The notes below the pieces were generated by a model. The model did not search any database, had not been told where the DNA came from, and saw only the letters and a list, made by a program, of their open reading frames with translations. This document shows positions 53,001 to 64,000 of a DNA stretch of 64,000 bases, one piece after another (the first letter of the stretch is position 1; every line of letters begins with the position of its first letter). The stretch covers positions 19,096,001 through 19,160,000 of the forward strand of contig JBHGNT010000014.1 in the NCBI GenBank assembly GCA_043228905.1, given 5' to 3'. The position numbers and the translations under genes were made by a program. This stretch comes from Azolla caroliniana (lineage: Eukaryota; Plantae; Polypodiophyta).

Positions 53001-55319
53001 GCAATAGAGTGTTCCTCTCTTGTTGCCACAAGCAATGGGCCTTGTTCCACCTTCAATTTTCCATGATCCACCTGTAAAGGCCGTGGAAAACTATTTATAA
53101 TAATAAAGGTGATCCATGGTCAGCAAGCTCTTCTTGATTTTCTAAAACACAATGAATCTGCTCCTGTGTCAGCTCTTGGCCATTCTCCATGAATCTGTGC
53201 CAAATCTCTTGATTTTGTTGGTGTGGTATTCTTCCAGACAGACTTTCCCAAAGTAACCTACACAAAATGAGAGGAATCACTCCTTTGAAGGAGTGTAGTA
53301 GAACGAGGCACCTGAATCAATGATCTAGGTCTGAATGAGAGAATCTTGTACTGTGTGCACAGCATCTACCAGGGTTGTGTTTGCTATTGTAACATCAGTG
53401 GCATTTGGTACATATAAGATGTCTTCTGCGTTGGGCAATTTTCTGATGATGATTTCAGAGGTCATATTGACCTCCTTCCCTTGTCTAGGGTGTCATTCTT
53501 CTTTCTCAAATGTATCTCTTTGGTTCTTCTTCCTCCTTTCCAGCTCTTGTCTGCAGAACCTGTAATATGGCTTCTTATGCCCTTTGCAACAGCATTAAAA
53601 ACAAGTAACATATTTCCCCTTATTTTTGCTTCTAGACCCTTTTGTTGAGTATTTTCTATTGTAGCACCTCTTGCCACATTAGTATATCTAGAAGACTCCC
53701 CATTGGTTTCCTGTCAATAACTTTGTTGAGGATTGCTCCTCTGTCACACCAGCAAATGTGAGATTTGAACTGCTAAATTGTGTGACCACCAGTGCGTCCC
53801 ATGGCTTCGGCACTGCCGTGAGCTAGAATAACCTTCATTTCATCGTTGAAGGTCTCCAATCCTGCATCTATAAACTGATTTAGTACACCACTGAGGTAGA
53901 GATGTTTTCCAGAAAAGATCCTGGCAGTGTGGCTGAGAGTCTTCCATGCAATCTCATTCACACCAGTTGTTGCAACTTTTTCTAGTGCCTTTGCACACCC
54001 TTGAAGATAGTGTGAGTTCCATTCTTAACCTTCCATGAATCAAATCAGACCTGTCAAATTTCTTGAACTCAATTGAATTGTCAGTGGATGTACCTGCCAT
54101 GATGGAAGAAGAAAAGGTAACAGAACTGCCACTCGTTGAGAAGATGGAGATCAGGCGGTGAAGCCTCTGCAAGTATGAGAGCTGCTTGTCGAAGCAAAAC
54201 ACAGGTTAAGGACTTGCTGAACAAAGCTCCAAGAACACAGCTCTCTACTTCTAACACGTCACCAAAATTAGAAGATACATATACATCTGTAAGTAAACTT
54301 CATCCTAAGGACACACCTGAGAGAAGGTAATAACTCAAAGCAGAATAGAGACCATAAAAGGGCAAAAGGGGGTTTTGCAAACTTAAAGAAATAGTCACAA
54401 GGTTACCAGAAGCTGATCCCTAGAGATGCAGGAGACCCTTTTAACCAAAAAATTAAGTGAGTTAATAGCTGATTAGGCTGCAACCTTATTATATGATATT
54501 CATACATTGGTTTGGCTGCATAGCATGGATGGATATGCATCAATTTGATATTAAAGCAAGGGTATGGTAAACATGCGCAGCCATTTAGTTTGTTTAGAAA
54601 GATCAAGAAGACTTCACCATTTTACAAGAGGATTTCTATGCCCTAAAGAAGGATGTATTATTATGTCAAGAAAGATGTATTATTTATAAGAGGATTTCTA
54701 CTGTTTACATCAAGAAAGATGGATATATTATGTCATTCTTAATACTATGAGCTGAGAATATCCTATTGATTGGTGGACGAGCAGAAATTGCAGTGTTTTA
54801 ACTTATATTTTCATTATCAATCTTTGCATATTGCTTTTTTTTTGTATTTCAATTTGGTGTGGGAGGGGTGTATTTATTGGTGTGAAAAACTACTCTCCTG
54901 AACGTGCACAAATGAGTGTGGCCGAGTTAGTGCAGTAGATGGGTTAGCCATTAGGGTTAACAATGTAATGTGTTATAGTAACGTTGATGAGACCACTAAC
55001 GTTAGTTCTTCAATACAAAGCCACTGATTTGTATGTGCTTGTTTAGGAGCACATGAGAATAGTTTATGTTGTATCATTACTCTGTTGTAATCATGCTTCA
55101 ACACTCTGCCATTGATATGATCTCTGCCTGCCCTGTTGTGGGGTCGATTGTGCATTATCTATTTTCCACATATTTAACGATATTATCATGCACTTGTTGA
55201 TGAGCTTTTTATGTTTTCCTATGCGTGACTCAAATATTCTTTTGAATTTGTTTACCCAGAATCATACTGTTAATGTGACGGAGCGTCCACTTCCTGCGGC
55301 AAAGACTTCAGAAGATTAG
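46170..55319 (+). CDS. 61-aa single-TM microprotein, COX14-like (putative cytochrome c oxidase assembly), 2 coding exons
   Basis: Exon 46170-46295 MAKLGDLAFKTTTGFLGICTILFGANLIFNTGRGMAWHLENS (GCCATGG context, GTGAGT donor) resembles a conserved plant small protein as I recall it (DxAFKAFTAGLGVAT...NVYRGLSWH). Best phase-0 terminal exon is 55260-55319 NHTVNVTERPLPAAKTSED*. Probable 5'UTR intron 45992-46151. Exon 2 and the COX14 label are inferred. Confidence 0.7.
46610..47130 (-). repeat. Array of degenerate RTE-3'-like units with (GATA)n/(GAAA)n tails
   Basis: (GAAA)n at 46952-47000 followed by TATATTAACATCTAGTAGAGGC...ATGAGACAATT..GAGTACAAC; related units near 46620, 46710, 46830 and 47065. 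Confidence 0.6.
47662..47935 (+). repeat. Tandem duplication (131 bp + 143 bp) spanning the RTE 3' junction
   Basis: AAAGGGGGTTTATCAACATAGAACGAAAG...TTGAGAACAAAC at 47662 and 47793; the copies differ only in the GAAA tract. Confidence 0.95.
47683..51085 (-). mobile_element. RTE-clade non-LTR retrotransposon, 5'-truncated and frameshifted
   Basis: RT motifs PIFKSGD..NYRTI, QAGFR, FVDFRKAFD, VKQGCPLSPTLF, LLYADD, KTKVM, YTYLGV, LLYGVETWG, LRTSSHQLQIE; end of APE domain (DHAYL); 3' hairpin AGGCCAAAATGGCCT and (GAAA)n tail. Confidence 0.95.
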
Positions 55320-55431
55320 AGATATGAGTCATGTTTTGCTATGTAAAAAGGAAATATCACCACTGATTTTGTGACAAACATTTCATAGAATGTTTAAAAC
55401 ACATAATACTTCGTCTTTTGCAAATGAATAG

Positions 55432-56560
55432 AAAAGATGATTATATATTAACGTCAATGGGGGGGCAATCATGACCCATGAAACCAATATTATTTGTTGC
55501 AAAGCACTATCCCCAGGTGTGCAGGTGGGAGATTTTAAAATTTTAGATGGTAGAATAAAAAAACAACTAAATGAAAAACTAAGACTGTTTCTAATTCACA
55601 GTTTGGATCTTCCACAAATCTGGTTCTTAGATTGAGTAGATGAGCAAAGAATATTCATAGTGTTGTTGGCAATGGTTTTGTCTTCTTTAGAAGCTCTTAA
55701 AAGCTAGTACAAGTTTGTAGGAATTCCTGTAATTCAAGCGTAATGTCCTCATATATGAGGCATTCCAAAGTGACATGTTCTTCTATTCTGGCATGTAGGT
55801 CATATATTCTCTTTTCTACCCAATATTCAGCCAACCCCAACACCTATTTCTATTTTGACGTGTTTGTGCATGCATCAGTGTGATGTCACGATCCTTTGGC
55901 ATGGGTATCCAGATGTGGATTGGGCAATGGCCAGCCACCCTCACTGATATTTCCGGTATTAAGTATTAATGCAGCTGCAATTGTACTCGAACTTACATCT
56001 TTGTTGGATCATTCGTCGATTCGTGTGGAGGCCAACCAATGTGAATGAGTAAAACATGAACCCATGTTCTTCTGTCCCTTCCTTTACCTTGATGTGCCCA
56101 TCCAAATATTTTTCTGCATTCCATCTTGCAAACCATTTCTGGATTTCTTGGACCCAGCTGATTGAAAGAAATTTGCTTTTTGATGTCTTGGGGAGGCAAA
56201 TTGTAAACATTTTACTTCAGATATGTCCTTGTGTATATTTTAGAAGGCATGAAACATCATCGTCTGTTTTCAGCTTCTATTCTCCTGGTTATTTGTTCCT
56301 TGTGTGCTGACTAGATATGTCATCTCCTAATTGACAGTGTAGACATTTTTTCTGGAGGTCCTATTTTATTCTATGAGCTTGCCCAAATACTTCCTCCCCA
56401 AACCTAGTTCCCATTTTGGAATTTGCTTATGTGGCTCATATTTTCAGATTCACTGTATTGTTGAGCTATGCAAGTTTCTATCCTCCAAGTTGGGATACAT
56501 GTTCCAAGTATTTAATAATCGAAGTATTTGAAAATATGGACCACTTCAATTGCTTCCTCT
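55432..56560 (-). mobile_element. Decayed RTE-clade LINE fragment
   Basis: Terminus ATATATTAACGTC...CAATCATGACCCATGAAACCAA at 55443; SWVQEIQKWFARW parallels CWYAEMQQWFESH of the 47-51 kb RTE. Confidence 0.65.
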
Positions 56561-58309
56561 TCATGGTCTGAGACTGGCTGTTAAGAGAGAAATCATTTAG
56601 CTACACTTTAGAGAATGTTTCAAGATACTTACTTTTAAAAGAACTGTAACTATGTTGTGAGATATCCTACGGATACATTTAAATGTGATTGGGAGCTGAA
56701 CCCTTCACTTTTCTCAATATTTTTTCCAATAAGGAATAATGTAGTTATGTGAATTCAAGGGATAGTGAATACAAACTTTGAAATTTCAACACACATGATT
56801 GTTTTTTCTCGCAAAAATGCAGTACATATTAGTTGGGTATAAAAGGATTTTTTTAATTTCTTCAATGTATGAAATTTTAAAAAAGTTTAGAAAGGCAGCA
56901 GACATCAAATTTCAATTGCAAGATTTAGATCGTATAATCTGGCTTAGCCCCTTCAACTTTGAATCTCTGTAACACTTGAAATTCTTTCATTTATGCCTTA
57001 AAATACCAATTATTCAACAAATCTAATGTTCGAAAATCAATGGAAATTTTCTCTCATTGTTTTCAGATTGGGAACTTAGAGAATACGTGCTGTAACAAGA
57101 GCCAAATTTATGAACTGATTAAAGAATCAACTATATTTCTTAAAAATAATGGATCAAATGCCAGCAATGAAAAAGGTTTTACCATCATATATATACTTGC
57201 TTGTGTTTGCACATTTTATCTGTGCTAATCAACTGTCAACTTGTTGACAGAGTTTTTGTCACATAAAAAGAAATTAAGTTTGTCTTTTTCGCAAGTTTAT
57301 GACGGGTATTTTTGGGTCTTATCAACAAGGTCATAGTTATTATTCGCAATGAAAAGGTGGAACTTGTATTTTCCTTCTCAAAATCTATGCAATGATTTCA
57401 ACATTTTGTATGCCTAGTAGATGCCATTTCAAGTGTAAGATGACTCTTGAAAATACTTTTGATTGAAGAAAAGTCTCCTATGACCTCCTTATTAAGAGCA
57501 ATTCAAAGTTAGAATACCCTTTAGACATTAACTTTTAATTGTCTTTTAAGCTTGAACGTTATCATGTTGAACCCTGATTTTTTGAAGATATGACAAAATA
57601 TCAAACTAAAATATAAAGAATAGATATCCAAAAGTTATACTATCTATCAACTTAATATGTACTTTATTTCACCTCCTCTTCCACTAGCCCTTTGTCACAT
57701 GTACATGGTATTGTAGCAAATCATCATAATGTATATAAAAGGCAATCCCCCACCTTGTTTGTGTCGTACATGATTAAAGGAAAGACTATTCATTGCTTGC
57801 ATTGGTAAGTGAAATTAAAACTTTTCCTTAGGAAAATATTTTCATAGCTTTGCATGTGTTGGGCATCATAACGGTTTCCCTTGAGATTTGGATATGTGGG
57901 AATCGTTCTAATAAAAATTCATGCCTCAGAATTTGAAGTTTGCAAAAGTTCTCCAAGTGAACATTTTAAAATGAGCCGAATTTATAGAAAATTTAAGTTT
58001 ATTTTTTAATGCAAGTGATCAAGTTGTCAATTCTTGCACTAACCAAATTGTCACAATCATTTTCATAACTTTTAAATCCAAGTTATCACAATGCTTAATT
58101 GGGAAACAATTACCTTATCTTCAATTATGTTTCATGCACCGAATTATTTTAATAATAGAAATTAATTGTCTTGTGTTTTTTTTGGGGTCAACAATACTTT
58201 GTAATGTGAATAATTAGATTAACCAACAAACAAGAACAGTCTAGTAATTATTGAAATTAAATTGCCTTCTTATTCCTCGAGAAACTTGCCTATCAATTTT
58301 TAAGAATTT

Positions 58310-58585
58310 GGATGATTAGTTGCTCAATTAAGATGATTGAAAATAGGTTGTCTTACTATTCCAAGAGGGACATTTCAAGAATTTAGCAAGCTCAAAGTGA
58401 CATTCTAATCACTATGGCAAACTACAGTCAACCTTTTAGGATTGTAATGATTAGTTGCTCAATATAACATAGTGATGATTCAATTATTATTGAAAATAAG
58501 CCACCTTACAATTTTTGTGAGTGGCATTTCAAGAATTTCGCAAGCTTTGGGTAAATTCTAGAATATTGGTGAATTATAGTCGAAC
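58310..58585 (+). repeat. Two diverged tandem copies of about 135 bp
   Basis: ATGATTAGTTGCTCAAT...TTGAAAATA...CATTTCAAGAATTT.GCAAGCT at 58312 and 58447. Confidence 0.75.
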
Positions 58586-59959
58586 ATTAACGCGTATGGC
58601 AAACTCATGAGTGGCATTTGACTATTTGCTCTTATTTTGTGTTGTTTGTGTAAGGATGAATAACCTTGTTAAAACTTATCTTCGACACAAACAATTGGAT
58701 AACAACATATCGTGTCATTGAATGTGGTTATATTTATTCCATTCTCCTAAAAATGCATGTGATTTTACCAAACCCACACATTGTTAAGAAATTGTACTTT
58801 GTTTATTCCATCCAACATAGGTCTTCGTATGTTAAATATAATGTTGGTTGTTTCTCAATAGCACATTATGCAACATAGGATACACTTCAGAGTCGTGACA
58901 TACGAGGAGAAAATAGCTAATAATGAAGAATTTTTGAAATTTTGCTTTTCTTAAGGAAGAACATAAACAACACTCAAATCATAGAGTACTTTACAGTTTA
59001 CACAAACAATGAATCATGTCCTTGCAAAAGCTTCGTTGGGGAGTGTAAATTTTTACAGCCTTCTTACTTGAAAGCAAGTGCCAAGGATGTCCTTAACATT
59101 TTGAGGATCACATACAATCATGTAGTAATAGAAATTTTTCAGCAATAATTTTGAGGAAGATCATGTGCACATGCACAATAGATTTGTAATGATTTGTGAC
59201 ATGACAAGCTATAAGTTTCTTTTAAAAATCATTAAACTTAAGGGGGGCATTTAATGCTACCATTTTTGTTTGTATAATAAAATTAAAGAGTGGGCCTCGT
59301 CAAACTTAATAACAAATAGCAGACTTTAAAGACTAACAAATAAAAAGCAAGAAACCAAAGAAGCTCTCTCGCCGTGGCCATGTCTTTTGAAGTGCTCAAT
59401 CTCTTCTCATCAATAGAAGCTTGATTCTTACTAGAAACTAACACAAAACTACGAACTAGAGCAGCATTGAGGAAGGCTTGCTTTCACTATAATCATTGCT
59501 TCCTAAGTAGGACCTTGATTCTTATCTTCAAGCATTGTAGAACGAAGATGTGAAGAAGTCCAAGAAGTCTTTATGGGTCATAGATGCATTTTACTTGAAA
59601 ATTCTAGCAAGATGTATTTCTATGCATCTAAAAAACCATGGAAGTGAGTGTGTGTCATGACTCATAGTCTCATACTCATGCCTTGCATTGTAGAATGGAA
59701 GGGAAACCTTTACAAAGGCACCATGAGGTTCAGTTATGTGCCATATATGATTGCTTGATTAATTATGCATTATAATACCTTGCATCTAGAAGGCCTAGAG
59801 TTGAGGAATTTTCAAGTTATAATTAACATTACATGATAAAGTATACATAGGTAACCATGTCTTGAGAATGGAAAATGTATTGCACTACATACCTTGCGTT
59901 GAATGCTTTGACGTGTATGCATTAATACAATGTACAATATACATGAACAAGAAATATTA

Positions 59960-60480
59960 TGGAGGAGAATACAAAATGCCATCTCCTGTAAAGGTCTTCA
60001 TTCATATGGATAGTCATGATTGGTGAGCTACCATTAGGTTTGGCCTTAAAGAAACGAGGACTAGGGTCAAGTATGTGCTTCTTTTGCACCATTCCATTGG
60101 AGGATAGTACACATAGGTTCATTAAATGTCCTATAGTGCAAATAATTTAGAAGTACTTATCGGATATTTGACAAGTTTTAACCCTTTGCTCAATATGTTC
60201 GAAAAATGGTCCAAGTGACGAGCAAGAGATATTCTTCCAATTTTTAAGACATTGGGAACTGCAACACAATTGGATTATGTGTAATGCTTTCATGTTATGT
60301 GAAGAAAGGCATTTTTTGGATGTTGCATATGGGGATCATTTTCTCGAGTGCATATTCAAGTTTTCTCATGGCTTTACAAGATGGCCCTCTCCCTCCATGG
60401 GTAGGTAGAGGACTAAGAAGTTGTAACAAGTGGATTTTACATATTGTTAATGTAATTGTGTGCTTTTACCAAAAAGAAAA
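59960..60480 (+). mobile_element. Decayed L1-type LINE 3' part (zf-RVT)
   Basis: PSPVKVFI...LPLGLALKKRGLGSSMCFFCTIPLEDSTHRFIKCPIVQII reads on +; A-rich tract near 60470-60490. Confidence 0.65.
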
Positions 60481-60497
60481 AAAAAACAAAATGGCTG

Positions 60498-60580
60498 CTA
60501 GGACTCGAACGCTCTCTAGAGTTGAACGCTTTTTGTAGAGTCAGACGCTCCTAGGACTCGATTGCTTTTTAGAGTCGAAA
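60498..60580 (+). repeat. About 5 short 17-20 bp repeats TAG(G)A(C/G)TCGAACGCT
   Basis: Direct reading; resembles subterminal repeats of a DNA transposon. Confidence 0.6.
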
Positions 60581-62587
60581 ATATGTTTTTCTTTGATTAA
60601 AAAACTTGTTTTCTTTCTTTTTTCATTGTTAACCCATGGGTTAGCTTTATTAGTGCTTTAATTTTATTACAATTTTTCATCTACAGTCACTTCTTTTTAC
60701 TCTTTTGATTTACCTACATTCCTTTTATATGTTTTAAGGATACTTTGTGGTTGTGGTTTTACCAAGAACAATGGGCGCTTGCAATTACGCACAAAGAAAA
60801 AACAATGGCATTCATGTGTGTGCTACATAAGCAACATCCATGGACCTTCCCGTCGAAAATGGTTTTTTAAATGGGGTTTCTCTTCTTCCGGACTTGTACT
60901 GTTGTACATATGAAAGAGTATGAACCACCATATGTATTTTAAACCATACATGGCTTGCTACTAAGTGTGTTATTCACATACCACATCAAATAATCTCATC
61001 TCAACATTGCTTTTCTTTTCTCCGAACGAGCATTTGTCATGGGAAAATATCTCAAATACCCCTCCTATTGCTTCTCAATTATAACCCTCGTAAGTTTTAG
61101 GATATAAAAAATACCCATGGTCACACAAAAGCAAGGCTAAGGGATGGTTCCCCTTAATCCTTGACCTTGATAAATGGGAGAAGGCAATGGTGACGCGTGT
61201 GAACATTTAACTTGAGATTTTTATGCAACCTAATTAGATTACCATGTAACCTACTTAGCAAACTTTTTACAATTATATTATTATTCGGGAGAAATCATCA
61301 CGAGTGTTTGAATGATGTCCTATGTTGATCACATGTTTTGTTGCTTATATTTTTTACAAGTACCCAACACCCAACTCTATTGAGTCCACGTATTCCTAGG
61401 ACATCCATATAATTAATATTAGAATTAGTCCTATCAATTAACTCTTATAAGCTTAAATAAAATAATTGTCCATGATCAAACTAGATTTTAAATCTAATTA
61501 GATTATAATACAATCTAATTAGAGTTACCCACTTAGATTAAACTAACATATCCAACATTAATAGCTTGTACGTGTCAACTTTATTTGTTTCAATTTCATT
61601 AAGTTTTAAGTTCAAGAAAAGTATTCCTTATTCTAGGTACTATTTGATCAAGGATATTTTTCTATATAATGGAAAATAATAGGGATATAATCCAAATGAC
61701 CCTTTGTAAAAATCGAAATGATATACAATTCTTCTATTAAGATTACTTTAGGATAACAATTTAACAATCTAGTATCAGAAAATTATGTGGTTTGTAATTA
61801 CTAATACCTATTTGTGTGCAAGTGACATCACAAACCTTGTGCGGAACCCAGATGTAGTTTTGTCGGATCATTTTCTTTCACTCAACCCATAAAGATAATG
61901 ATCTAGTATCTAAGTCTTATGGGACACGCCATCGTGTGTTATTTGCCTACCACTTTAGTGCTTTCTAGGCATTGCATTTCTTTTCTCAAAATAAACTTTT
62001 ATTCTTTGCACAATCATGGAGTTGAGATCGCTTCCACGTTTCCATAGTGATATATACTAATTGGTAAGAAAATCGAAGGATAGTGTTTTGTTTCGTACAA
62101 TGGATTTCTTACTTGTTTTCTCGATGTGTGTGATCCAAGGGTACATGTCTTTGTCATTTGGCCTTATCATCATACCTTATAAAATATTATTCATCACATG
62201 GGTATGTGTGTGAAATATCCACCATTCCAATGTCTATTGCCACCCCAAATCCTATAAAAACTACTTATCTTCATATCACACACATCATTTTTATTGAGTT
62301 CATTCATGCTCCCTATGATTCATACAAGACAACTCTTTCTCACTAAATATTAAGGTTTTTGATCTAGTATACTCAAGAGGTAACTACTTACCTACTTGAG
62401 TAACCTCTTTTCTTTCTTAACAACTATGTATCATTGCTTGCTTTGCAAGGATCATTGCTCTTGAGTTCAATCGTTCAGCTATATCAAAGTTTCCATGTCT
62501 TGAAGCTTCTTCTTGGCTAGAGAGACCAAAGATTTATTGTTCATAAGTTTCCATTTGTATAGTCCTAATTACAGTGTATTCAATACT

Positions 62588-63574
62588 ATGGAAGCACACC
62601 AAGCCTTGATAATTAAGCCTTGGATACATAACACAGATAGCCGCATGAAAATCAACCTCAAAGTGAGGCATTTGACCTCCCTACTAGTGAGAAGGAAGGG
62701 CAAAGATAAGAAAGATAATGGATTGAGTGTAATGGGCCAAGAAGAGTGTACTTACAAAATGCTCAATGATATGGAGAAAGAGGAGTTTCAAGTCAATGAA
62801 GAAATTACTAGCAGTTATCTCGTAGACATCAAGGATATTGATGTCAATAACAACGAAGGTGAACAATGTAACGACATGGGGCTTACAAGCATTATCCAAA
62901 GAGGCAAAGGGGCCATGAGGAACAATGGTGATAATGTGACTAAAGTGGGGTTTGATGAGAGACAAAAGGAAGAGAAAAGGGCTAACCTTCACCAAGACAA
63001 AGAAGAGACGAGCAATGTTGGTGTTGGCAAAGATATTGACATCAACAACATTGACTGTTGTGGGAAGAGAGGTAAGGTACGTAACAACATTATTCACACG
63101 AGAAAGGTGTCTAACAGCAACATAGATAGATTACAAAATTCCAAGATTAAGAATCAAAAGAAAACTCACACGAAGGTGTTAGGGTTGAAGTCTCAGAGGC
63201 GAGTTCAATGGATGATGAAGGTGAGAAAGAAAGTAAAGGTATTGAAACTTCTAATCACAACACCATGTAAAGTGTTGAGAATATTAAGAAATGGGTACGT
63301 GAGAATGATGAGAGCAATAGCCAATAAGGGTTCACATGGATTAGGGATGACCAACCAAAGCTTGACAGCTGGTGCCCTTCTCTACCCAAATAATTCAAAA
63401 GCCCAAATCACCCCATTGCCGACCTCTTTCCTCCTCGACCTAGTATGCACTAACTACAAATTATCTTCTGACTGTATGAACAATACACCATCTTTCAACA
63501 AAAAGGATATGGAGGATATGTTGAGGAGATCGTTAGCTCTTTCCCAAAAGCAAGGCCCAAAGCTTGTCCTTTGA
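62588..63574 (+). CDS. Intronless basic protein (328 aa from first ATG) of an uncharacterised plant family
   Basis: Long stop-free ORF in AT-rich DNA. C-terminal RRVQWMMKVRKKVK...TPCKVLRILRNGYVRMMRAIA resembles the 'RRxWRIKxxxKLR...SPxKxLxxLRDAYVxMMxxLA' motif I recall from uncharacterised land-plant proteins. Confidence 0.7.
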   Translation: MEAHQALIIKPWIHNTDSRMKINLKVRHLTSLLVRRKGKDKKDNGLSVMGQEECTYKMLNDMEKEEFQVNEEITSSYLVDIKDIDVNNNEGEQCNDMGLTSIIQRGKGAMRNNGDNVTKVGFDERQKEEKRANLHQDKEETSNVGVGKDIDINNIDCCGKRGKVRNNIIHTRKVSNSNIDRLQNSKIKNQKKTHTKVLGLKSQRRVQWMMKVRKKVKVLKLLITTPCKVLRILRNGYVRMMRAIANKGSHGLGMTNQSLTAGALLYPNNSKAQITPLPTSFLLDLVCTNYKLSSDCMNNTPSFNKKDMEDMLRRSLALSQKQGPKLVL

Positions 63575-64000
63575 CATTGGAGAGATTGGGAAGCCAACCA
63601 AAATGTATATACACACGCTCCTTTTTCACACAAAAATATTGCAGAGAGAGTTTTCAAGTGAATTTGGCTCTCATATTTGCACAACGAGAATTATGTGTTT
63701 GTTTATTTTAAAATTTCTTTTTTGTTGTTGATAAGTGAACCAACTTACTCCTATGGTTTCTTTTTCAAACCAACTCTTCGTACCAAGCAACAACATTGTA
63801 CATATTTTTACATTGCTTTTCCATCTCAATGAAAACATTTTCAAATTGCAATTGTACATGTTTTGTTATTGTTAAACTCAACAAAAACTGAAGCAAACAC
63901 ATAACATGTAGTATCATTAGAGATAGTAAATGAAGTATTTCTTATTTGATTGTCATGACTAGGAATTTATACCACCATATAAACATGTTATAAACTTATA

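Larger units (their letters stand above)
47567..54572 (-). mobile_element. Old degenerate Ty1/Copia LTR retrotransposon, 3' LTR split by an RTE insertion
   Basis: Minus strand: gag start MAGTSTDNSIEFKKFDRSD (about 54100), RT CKLHQSLCRLKQ...ILVLYTDDTLIA (52337-52230), RNase H SQSAICLAKN..FH...VRYPFIHEVIEDG (51570-51450). Diverged LTR-like repeats: about 54290-54572 versus 47570-47690 plus 51085-51270. LTR ends are approximate. Confidence 0.75.

Noticed and set aside
1-64000. tRNA, rRNA or organellar DNA insertion
   Set aside because: None recognised by eye; tRNAscan-SE, Infernal and BLAST against organelle genomes would be needed to exclude them formally.

Overview
Eukaryotic, AT-rich nuclear DNA of a land plant. 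A non-seed plant such as a fern is my inference from RTE/L1 LINE style, microsatellite load and protein divergence. Six protein-coding genes were reconstructed by hand from GT-AG splice sites: plastid-type G6PDH (10 exons, +), a mitochondrial calcium uniporter MCU (2 coding exons, +), NDUFAF5-like complex I assembly factor (11 exons, -), an intronless mTERF (+), a 61-aa COX14-like membrane microprotein missed by the ORF track because it is split by a 9-kb transposon-filled intron (+), and an intronless ORF of an uncharacterised plant family (+). The rest is retroelement debris (L1-type LINEs, RTE LINEs, an old Copia), MITE-like elements, minisatellites and microsatellites. Most notable: (i) a candidate uORF encoding a single-TM micropeptide in the MCU leader; (ii) four consecutive genes for probable mitochondrial proteins; (iii) an L1 copy with TSDs and a 5' inversion (twin-priming signature); (iv) an apparently identical 3,768-bp tandem duplication; (v) many short RTE 3' ends stacked in microsatellites. 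I found no CRISPR, rRNA or tRNA gene. No previously undescribed system is demonstrated; the candidates are hypotheses. All coordinates were read by eye; no searches were run.
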